Below, one piece after another: positions 57,152 through 64,000 of a stretch of DNA of 64,000 nucleotides. Location: the sequence record NC_028829.1; one strand, given 5' to 3'. The translations under genes were made by a program, and so were the position numbers. The first letter of the stretch is position 1. The number at the start of each line of letters is the position of its first letter. Below the pieces are notes generated by a model. It had not been told where the DNA came from and did not search any database. It saw nothing but the letters and a program-made list of their open reading frames with translations.

Positions 57152-58027
57152 ATGTTTAAGAAACTTGCAAAACTATTATCAGTATCTGCGCTCGGTCTAG
57201 CACTTGTAGGCTGTGGCACACCTGCTGAAATCCCAACGGGTTTCGTCGGTAAGATTCAAACGCCTAATGGCTTCAATTTAGAAGCAGAGCCGCGACAACC
57301 GTCTAAATTTCGTCTCGATTGGGCATGGCGCTACCCAGATCGTCTAGTACTTCTTGACGTATCTGACAGCTTCTACCAAATGAACTTCAACACGTTCATG
57401 CCAAAAGATGAGCTTATGCTTGCTTACTCAGTCGAAATGACAATGGCGATTGACCCTGCGAAGTACAACTTCGTATTCGCTAAAGTGCCGTTCCGAGCAC
57501 AAACAGACCAGCTAGGTGTAATTGATCAGAAAGACGTGTTTAAACGTTATGCGAAAGCTAAACTGAATACGATTGTACCTAGTATTGTAGCTGAATACAG
57601 CATCAAACAGGTTGCGTCTGAACGTCAAAAACTGAACTCGTTCGTTCTTAATCGCTTGAATCAAGAGCTGAAAGATACGCCGTTCGTTCTTAAAGTCGTA
57701 GGTGTTACTAACGTAGATTACCCTAAGACAATCACAGACGCACAAATCAAATCTGCTGAACGTCGTCAAGAAGAAGACACAGTTAAAGCACAACGTAAGC
57801 TAGACTTGCTACAAATCGCAACACGTGAAGAAGTATCAAAGCGTCAGCGTGAAATCGAGCTGTACGAAGCTGAAACTAAAAAGTTAGTAGCTGACAAGCT
57901 GATGAACTCTAACGTGCGATTCATCGAAGAGCAAAAAACTCTACGTGAACTTGCGAAGTCGAATAACAAAGTGTTCGTACCAACGAAAATGCTTGATGAT
58001 ATCGCAGTACAAACACCAATCAAATAA
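57152..58027 (+). CDS. SPFH/Band-7 (prohibitin-like) lipoprotein
   Basis: Signal peptide with lipobox LVG-C; IPTGFVG; VTNVDYPKTITDAQ followed by a coiled coil. Confidence 0.8.
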   Translation: MFKKLAKLLSVSALGLALVGCGTPAEIPTGFVGKIQTPNGFNLEAEPRQPSKFRLDWAWRYPDRLVLLDVSDSFYQMNFNTFMPKDELMLAYSVEMTMAIDPAKYNFVFAKVPFRAQTDQLGVIDQKDVFKRYAKAKLNTIVPSIVAEYSIKQVASERQKLNSFVLNRLNQELKDTPFVLKVVGVTNVDYPKTITDAQIKSAERRQEEDTVKAQRKLDLLQIATREEVSKRQREIELYEAETKKLVADKLMNSNVRFIEEQKTLRELAKSNNKVFVPTKMLDDIAVQTPIK

Positions 58028-58036
58028 TAACCACAA

Positions 58037-58057
58037 AGGGCAGTGTTTCACTGCCCT
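58037..58057 (+). terminator. Hairpin after the SPFH gene
   Basis: AGGGCAGTG-TTT-CACTGCCCT, weak T tail. Confidence 0.55.
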
Positions 58058-58076
58058 CTCTTAAAAAGGAAACGTA

Positions 58077-58436
58077 ATGGAATTTCTTCTACCTGTTTTG
58101 CCAATTATTGGCATGTTTGTAATATTACTTCTAATTCTAGCAGTGTCTTTCTTCATGGCGAAGATTTTCAAGCTAGACATTAAACTACCTTACGGTAAAA
58201 TCATCACTGCTGCACTTCTACTCACAGTTGCTGCGAGTGGTTTTAAAATTGCAACGTCGCCAATTACTCGTCCTACCATGAACGAAGCAGTCAACGACAC
58301 AGCCAAGTACAAAGTAGACGAATTCACTGAGCTTGAAGCACCTGTACTAGAAGACAAGTCATTCAAAGCTGAAGATGTTGATGTTACTACGCTAGACAGC
58401 GAAGAGCGTATCAAAAATCACACTAAGAACTTGTAA
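58077..58436 (+). CDS. Small membrane protein (two predicted TM helices)
   Basis: Two hydrophobic N-terminal stretches and an acidic C-terminal tail. Confidence 0.75.
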   Translation: MEFLLPVLPIIGMFVILLLILAVSFFMAKIFKLDIKLPYGKIITAALLLTVAASGFKIATSPITRPTMNEAVNDTAKYKVDEFTELEAPVLEDKSFKAEDVDVTTLDSEERIKNHTKNL

Positions 58437-58719
58437 CCTTCCCTGCGCCCCCTGCAACCGTATCGCCACATGTTAGCGTGTCACCGATACGGATTGCATT
58501 ACTCCCTTCTATAAACACCTTCGGGCTAAAAGTCGCTGCGCTACCTGAATGACAATCATAGTTCGGTACTGTATTACAGTGCGTTACGTGAACTAAGTTA
58601 TCTTTAGACAACGCAGGCTTACCTTGCACTGTTACTTTCCCACTCCCACCCGTTACTACTGTTGGCGGGTATGTCCCGTGACCTGTTGTTGGTTCATCTG
58701 CACCTGCTAGAGCTGGCAT
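58423..58719 (-). CDS. 5.4: PAAR spike-tip protein gp5.4
   Basis: GHGTYPPT, V.V.GKPA, H...C..H, RIGDTLTCG. Confidence 0.9.
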   Translation of the reverse strand: MPALAGADEPTTGHGTYPPTVVTGGSGKVTVQGKPALSKDNLVHVTHCNTVPNYDCHSGSAATFSPKVFIEGSNAIRIGDTLTCGDTVAGGAGKVTSS

Positions 58720-59204
58720 TAGTTACCTCCTGCTGCTATATAATCTCTAAGTTGCTGCGCCCATGTATCCCACTTACCTTTAACGTTCTGAGTAAATGTT
58801 TCAACGAGCTGCCGCTCTTCAATTACTCCCGGTACAAGCGGGTCTTCGTATTCGTAATCAACTGTAACTGTATATGTGTAGTCAGTTGATAACACGCTCG
58901 GCGCTTCGAATCGATACACGTGACCATGTTCAGGGTTGTTCGGTAGATCGCTAAATCTACTCACTTCATGATAGCTATTGTCTCGTGTATCCCTGTATTT
59001 CAGACCACTAGGTCCCAGATCAAACGAATCTTGATACTGACCGTAATATCTTGCGCCTGAGACATTAATACCCGCATTCGCCCGATGATCAGTTATTGAT
59101 ATCTGAACAAGTGTCTCACCTTCGTCCATAACCGCGGAGAACGTCACATCGACGTTCTCCCCTTCTGTAATGATCGGTAAAGTGATTGGTGTAATACTAG
59201 CCAT
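58719..59204 (-). CDS. 5.1: gp5.1-like protein
   Basis: EGENVDVTF...ISITD...LKYR; position after gene 5. Confidence 0.8.
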   Translation of the reverse strand: MASITPITLPIITEGENVDVTFSAVMDEGETLVQISITDHRANAGINVSGARYYGQYQDSFDLGPSGLKYRDTRDNSYHEVSRFSDLPNNPEHGHVYRFEAPSVLSTDYTYTVTVDYEYEDPLVPGVIEERQLVETFTQNVKGKWDTWAQQLRDYIAAGGN

Positions 59205-59208
59205 TCAA

Positions 59209-60426
59209 TTACCCTAGGCTCACTGTTGAACCGTCTAATGCCGCAGCCCCTGCGAGACTAAGCGTTGCGCCACCACCGTCATCACTAATTGATGACGCCG
59301 AACGTGTATAAGACGAACTAACGCTTTCTGACATCGAGCCACCGACTGTTATTGTGTAATTACCGCTGATATTCTGCGTGTAATCGCCCGTGACGTTACT
59401 TTGAACATTCCCGCCCACAGTTTGATTAACATTCCCGTCAACGTTCTGTGTGACGTTCTGATGCACTGTCTGACTAACATCTTTATCAACTGTTTGAGTA
59501 ACATTCATTTCAACATGCTGTTCAACATTACCCTTAACATGCTGCTTCAAATCACCATCAACTTGCTGCGTGACATTTTGCTGGCAATAGAACGTCGCGT
59601 CACCGACAACGGTTATATTCAAGTTCCCTTTGATAAAGACATTCTGATCTTTTTGAACAATCTCAAAATCATCACCAACAATCTTTGTAACTTTACTGCC
59701 GTCAGGGTGAATTTCTTCAAATGTACCTGTTCGATGATACGTATGTAAACGCTCTGCACCCACAGTGTCATCAACCTCTCTGATGTGCCCAGATTCAGAC
59801 TCGTGTACATGATTGAACGGGTACTGCGCTGCGTACGGCGTCTCTTTCTCGTTATAAACGGGACCGTTTTGATTATATCCCGCAATCGGAATGTCTTTCT
59901 CTTCGGCTGCGCGTTTACTAGCGATTATTTCATGTGGTCTATACACATAAGGCGCATCGCCACTATCAAAATCGCTCTGAGATTGATTTTCATCATACAC
60001 ATCGGGATCTACATCGTTTCGAGCTAAACGGTTTGTATCGGGCTCATTAAGTTTATCAGCTAACGGGTATTTTTCGTTTGGGTCATTAAACCCCTTACTG
60101 CCGTTAGCTAATTCTTCAGGTATACCAGGCAAAACACCCATCGCAATTGCATCTTGATGCAACTTATCTCTGAAAAAGCCGAATACCCATGTACCTTCAA
60201 CTACCCCTATTGGTGTATTACCAATCCCGTTCATTGCAGCGTTATCAAGCGACTGCATAGGGTGAACCCAAAGAAGTTCTTCAGTTCGAATACCTTGATT
60301 TGAACTTTTCTTCTCGGGGTGAAACCCAATCATTCTGACTTTAATTCTACCGAGTTTGAGTGGGTCGTTTGTTCTATCTTCAACAACACCAGTCCACCAA
60401 TCAAACCCATCTAATCCCATAAACAT
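59209..60426 (-). CDS. 5: Central spike gp5 (OB fold plus beta-helix, no lysozyme domain)
   Basis: WWTGVVEDR.DPLKLGR.KVR, YPFNHVHESESGH, VxGxxxxx octapeptide repeats. Confidence 0.95.
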   Translation of the reverse strand: MFMGLDGFDWWTGVVEDRTNDPLKLGRIKVRMIGFHPEKKSSNQGIRTEELLWVHPMQSLDNAAMNGIGNTPIGVVEGTWVFGFFRDKLHQDAIAMGVLPGIPEELANGSKGFNDPNEKYPLADKLNEPDTNRLARNDVDPDVYDENQSQSDFDSGDAPYVYRPHEIIASKRAAEEKDIPIAGYNQNGPVYNEKETPYAAQYPFNHVHESESGHIREVDDTVGAERLHTYHRTGTFEEIHPDGSKVTKIVGDDFEIVQKDQNVFIKGNLNITVVGDATFYCQQNVTQQVDGDLKQHVKGNVEQHVEMNVTQTVDKDVSQTVHQNVTQNVDGNVNQTVGGNVQSNVTGDYTQNISGNYTITVGGSMSESVSSSYTRSASSISDDGGGATLSLAGAAALDGSTVSLG

Positions 60427-61697
60427 TATTTCTTGCTCCCCGCAACTGCTACATTCATCGACGAATCACTTGATAATTCAAGCGTAGTAATGAATGAATT
60501 AGGCTCAACGCGATGCTTCAATTCATGAACAATCCATTTCCCTGACACATCAAGACTCGAATGGTTGTCACCAGTTACTGCGTGATAGTCAAGAAACACA
60601 ACATCACCAACTGTAATGTTCGTATTACCTGGTATTTCTACAAGTATCTGTTTTGCATTCAAGTACGTTTCTTCCATTAATGAAACGCCATGAACAGACC
60701 CCAAAGGGTGTTTATTGTCATGCTCGTAAAAGCCGTCGTTTGATATCAATTGAATGCTATTCAACGGTTGTTCGGTTACTGGAACTTCACTAGGAAATTC
60801 TGATTCACTCGTGTACATATGAGCTTTGTCATTTAAAATCCCAACCTTTTCAATATAATCACCACGACGAACATCTTTAGTCGTCAACTTTTTGCGAATT
60901 AAACTATGAGAATATGTTCTAGAACCGAATAAACCACTAGAAATCTCATGCATATTAGACTGTTCTTTCACTACAACGCGCAATGCTGTGATTGTTTTAC
61001 CGCGACCCGATGTCCATTTACCATCACCCGTGTCAGCACCTTTACGAATTATATAATCGTAATCTTTGTTTCTAATCGTGCCAAGAGACGCGAATTTAAC
61101 TGAGTCTCGATCTTCGTAAAACATGAACTTACAACTGTTGTTCACGTCAGTGCTTGCATGGTCTACAAGACTGCTGATGATGTCGTAAGGTTTACCGATC
61201 TTAGTCACGTAATCGCGTTGATATAGAGAAGATTCAATTTCATACACGGGCTTCTCATCACCCAAATTGTCTAAAATCGTTTTGATTATGTTCGATATAC
61301 TAGTTTTCTTGAACACATACGGGCGTTTAACGTAATCATTCAATGTCAATAGATTATTAGTAAAACGAACAATTATAGTTTCGAAACCACCAGTCGTTGA
61401 CGGCATTCTTGATATGCCAGTAGCACGAAACGTTTTTCGATATACCTTGTTTGCTTGCTCCCCGACATATGAAGCAAAATCAACATCGATAGCTTCAAAC
61501 CCCGTCATTCGAACGGTGTCTACGATTCCGACTGAATCTGTGAACATGAACATGCCCGAAACTAACCCGTCAAGCGACTCATAAATTTCCATGTGTGTGA
61601 TTTCATTTTCAACAGCCGAGGCGAAATCAACACCACGAATGTGAATTTTGCTAACCACAAAGTTCTCAATTGGGTTAGCGGAGCGCATTTCAAACAT
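60426..61697 (-). CDS. 27: Baseplate hub gp27/VgrG-N-like protein
   Basis: IYESLDG, FMFYEDR, C-terminal EIPGN..ITVGD...SGKWIVHELKH; immediately before gene 5. Confidence 0.75.
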   Translation of the reverse strand: MFEMRSANPIENFVVSKIHIRGVDFASAVENEITHMEIYESLDGLVSGMFMFTDSVGIVDTVRMTGFEAIDVDFASYVGEQANKVYRKTFRATGISRMPSTTGGFETIIVRFTNNLLTLNDYVKRPYVFKKTSISNIIKTILDNLGDEKPVYEIESSLYQRDYVTKIGKPYDIISSLVDHASTDVNNSCKFMFYEDRDSVKFASLGTIRNKDYDYIIRKGADTGDGKWTSGRGKTITALRVVVKEQSNMHEISSGLFGSRTYSHSLIRKKLTTKDVRRGDYIEKVGILNDKAHMYTSESEFPSEVPVTEQPLNSIQLISNDGFYEHDNKHPLGSVHGVSLMEETYLNAKQILVEIPGNTNITVGDVVFLDYHAVTGDNHSSLDVSGKWIVHELKHRVEPNSFITTLELSSDSSMNVAVAGSKK

Positions 61698-61698
61698 G

Positions 61699-62277
61699 TT
61701 ATACCCCTGCTAATTTCATAAACGTGCTGATGTATGTACTAATATCGTCACGCGAAAGAATGTTAATCACGCGATTCGTTTCATTCTTATTGAACTCAAA
61801 CTCATCAACTGATACTGGAATCATAACGCCGTGATACAACAGTTCTCGAAAATCTTCCTGACCTTCTTCAGGGACATTATTTTCCCAGTCGAACTTGTTA
61901 TACCAATTACGCGGGTTTTCAGGGTCTTCAATCATATCAAACCACCAACGACCTTGTTCATCGACGTGATGATGAACTTGCTCATTCCCACCAATATACT
62001 GATAACGATAAATAGCATTCTCAGCTACAGATTCATTGGGCTGAACCCAATCATAAAACGGGTCAACGCGCTGATTGAGAAGTAATATCAACCAATACAA
62101 CGACGTGTCGCCGTACAATTCATATGCAATTTGTTCAGGGCGATAATCGCCCCTTATTTTATACTGAATAGTCGTAAACGACGGGATGATCTGCTTATGA
62201 TAATAATTCAAATTCTTGAATATGTCCGCAGTTTCAACCCCTTGATAATCAGTCTTTTCAAATATCGAAAAAATCAT
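61699..62277 (-). CDS. 53: Baseplate wedge gp53 (LysM-like)
   Basis: RPEQIAYELYGD..LYWLILLLN...DPFYDW. Confidence 0.95.
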   Translation of the reverse strand: MIFSIFEKTDYQGVETADIFKNLNYYHKQIIPSFTTIQYKIRGDYRPEQIAYELYGDTSLYWLILLLNQRVDPFYDWVQPNESVAENAIYRYQYIGGNEQVHHHVDEQGRWWFDMIEDPENPRNWYNKFDWENNVPEEGQEDFRELLYHGVMIPVSVDEFEFNKNETNRVINILSRDDISTYISTFMKLAGV

Positions 62278-63410
62278 TTAATCAATCCCTCAATATCACC
62301 AAAGAACGAACCAGAGTTTGTATTACTACCACTAGCCGTTTGCGTTCCACTGTCATAACCTCGAACATTACTGTTAAGATCGCGTTGATACATAGCACGA
62401 TCAAGTGGGATAAGTTCGCTAAATGTAATCTCAAGTTCAATACCCGCTGGGTCACCAGCCGTACCTCTAAATGTGCGCCAGTACTGATCGGGTGTACGAT
62501 TTAACTTCACAGATGTGATACCCGCTGGACCGAAAATAAAGCGAGGTGTGTATCGCGTCGCGTCTGTGTCTGACACTTCTTCAATCATCCATACAGGCGG
62601 AGTTTTCAATAACGTCGCGTATTTCGCAAAACCTGCTGCAAACCCCGAGCCTAAATTTGCTGTCCCTGTATCTAATAACTGCGAATCAATCTGACCTTTC
62701 ACTGGTAACGATAGCCCATAGAACGTTTTTATAATCTCTGCAACTACTTTCAGTTCGTCTAACGACTTAGGGTGGAATTGATATACCATTGTTTGTGTAC
62801 GCTGCGCTGTACCTTTATACGCAGTTACAGTTACGTTGTCTGTTACGACGCTGCTGTTCTTCTCCAACTGCCCTGCTGCATTCGATTGAATGAATGAACG
62901 TTTAATCTGAGCTAGTGTTGCACCTGCTGCTGTCGCAACTGCACGTTTACCACGATCAACGCCTTCAGACACTGTATCTGAGCCTGCTGCTGAAGCCGCA
63001 CTAGCAAGAAAGTCATTTAATACTGAAGTCGGTGTTTTATCATATTCGTGAGACACTTCTTCAACGATATTAGGCGCGTAAAGTGCAAGCGTAGCTTTCA
63101 ATTCGCTTGGAACTTCACCAGATTGTTCATTTTCAGTTTGCGCGGCAGTAAACGAACTACGCATGTCCGTATAGTGTTGTTTTGTTGTGTGTGCCAAGTC
63201 ATACGCTCTAAAAATAAAGAAATTCGGGTGTCCAGACTCAGCCCCTAAATTAAGCGGGTATGTCAATGCTACATTATTCGAGTCACGACCGAGTTTAGTA
63301 ACATCTTCACCTGTCGAAAGCTCTTGTGTAGTACTTTGAACTCCTCCTGATATTGTTTCTACTAGAGTGCTACTTTTTGCAGCGATTGTACTAGTAAGAC
63401 TCATTTTCAT
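62274..63410 (-). CDS. 48: Baseplate tail-tube cap gp48
   Basis: RTQTMVYQFHPKS, FGPAGITSV, LEITFSEL. Confidence 0.88.
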   Translation of the reverse strand: MKMSLTSTIAAKSSTLVETISGGVQSTTQELSTGEDVTKLGRDSNNVALTYPLNLGAESGHPNFFIFRAYDLAHTTKQHYTDMRSSFTAAQTENEQSGEVPSELKATLALYAPNIVEEVSHEYDKTPTSVLNDFLASAASAAGSDTVSEGVDRGKRAVATAAGATLAQIKRSFIQSNAAGQLEKNSSVVTDNVTVTAYKGTAQRTQTMVYQFHPKSLDELKVVAEIIKTFYGLSLPVKGQIDSQLLDTGTANLGSGFAAGFAKYATLLKTPPVWMIEEVSDTDATRYTPRFIFGPAGITSVKLNRTPDQYWRTFRGTAGDPAGIELEITFSELIPLDRAMYQRDLNSNVRGYDSGTQTASGSNTNSGSFFGDIEGLIK

Positions 63411-63437
63411 GATCTCCTTTTTAAAAATATATATCTG

Positions 63438-63459
63438 TATTTAGATGCGATACTAAATA
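63438..63459. promoter_or_regulatory. Divergent late promoter variants TCTAAATA (-, 63438-63445) and ACTAAATA (+, 63452-63459)
   Basis: Read from the 48/4 intergenic region. Confidence 0.65.
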
Positions 63460-63477
63460 TATGAAAGGAGGCGCTAC

Positions 63478-63933
63478 ATGGCATATTCTGGAAAATTTGT
63501 TCCGTCGAACAAGTCGAAATACAAAGGCAATTATCAAAAGATTGAGTATAGAAGCTCATGGGAATTGTCGTTTATGCGTTGGTGTGACAACAACCCACAC
63601 GTAGTTCGCTGGAATTCTGAAGAGATTGTAATCCCATATGTTAGTTCTGCTGATGGAGGGAAAAAACGTAGATATTTTATGGACTTTTACGTGAAGTTCA
63701 GTGATGGGCGCGAATTTATATTTGAAATTAAACCGCACAAAGAAACGATGCCGCCTGAGAAGCCACAGAGGCTTACTGAAAAGGCTAAGAAACGTCTTTT
63801 AAAAGAAGTGTATACGTTTCAAGTGAATCAAGATAAATGGGCTGCTGCGATTAAATTCGCAAAGCAGAAAGGTTGGCAATTCAAAGTCTTGACTGAACAC
63901 GGACTAAGAAAATTGATAGGACTGAGAGTGTAA
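63478..63933 (+). CDS. 4: Head completion protein gp4 (TnsA-like nuclease fold)
   Basis: YSGKF.P.N..KY.G, YRSSWE, WNSEE..IPY, RYFMDF, EIKP. Confidence 0.96.
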   Translation: MAYSGKFVPSNKSKYKGNYQKIEYRSSWELSFMRWCDNNPHVVRWNSEEIVIPYVSSADGGKKRRYFMDFYVKFSDGREFIFEIKPHKETMPPEKPQRLTEKAKKRLLKEVYTFQVNQDKWAAAIKFAKQKGWQFKVLTEHGLRKLIGLRV

Positions 63934-63934
63934 T

Positions 63935-64000
63935 ATGGCTAGACCAGAAAGAGCAAAGAAGAAAAAAGAAAGTTTGCTTGATAGTTTCAAAGCTCAAACG
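63935..64000 (+). CDS. 5' fragment, probably gene 2 (DNA end protector)
   Basis: ATG one base after the gene 4 stop (MARPERAKKKKESLLDSF...); identity inferred from T4 synteny only. Confidence 0.55.
   Translation, partial: MARPERAKKKKESLLDSFKAQT

Noticed and set aside
63478-63933. TnsA-like nuclease as a transposon gene
   Set aside because: It is the conserved T4 head completion protein gp4 in its usual position; no transposon ends or partner genes.

Overview
This 64-kb window comes from a T4-like myophage genome. Gene content and order most resemble the KVP40/nt-1 group of Vibrio phages (Schizotequatrovirus-like); that assignment is recalled from memory, not searched. Left part, minus strand: replication and recombination genes (nrdD, glutaredoxin, 41, 40, uvsX, a ClpP-like protease, frd, 32, 59, 33, dsbA, rnh). 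Then plus strand: long tail fibre gene 34 and an enlarged gene 35, followed by uvsY and small genes, with uvsW on the minus strand. From 19.9 to 27.2 kb is an accessory island with two inh paralogues, candidate capsid-packaged proteins, early cassettes and a CCA-adding enzyme. From 27 to 63.4 kb is the minus-strand virion module (23-22-21-68-67-20-19-18-17-16-x-15-14-13-wac-12-12-11-10-9-8-7-6-25, then 5.4-5.1-5-27-53-48), interrupted by a plus-strand SPFH lipoprotein cassette. Genes 4 and the start of 2 close the window. I saw no tRNA, CRISPR array, intron or homing endonuclease. Most notable: (1) a 66-bp perfectly duplicated non-coding element in inverted orientation 26 kb apart, each copy built as terminator, hairpin, six 9-bp iteron-like repeats and an identically spaced promoter (candidate replication origin or regulatory cassette); (2) a late-expressed cluster of proteins with capsid-targeting or prohead-protease-like motifs, one resembling a phosphorothioation-associated domain (candidate injected anti-defence cargo); (3) several extra glycan-binding or repeat modules on virion proteins. 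All family assignments are by eye; no searches were run.
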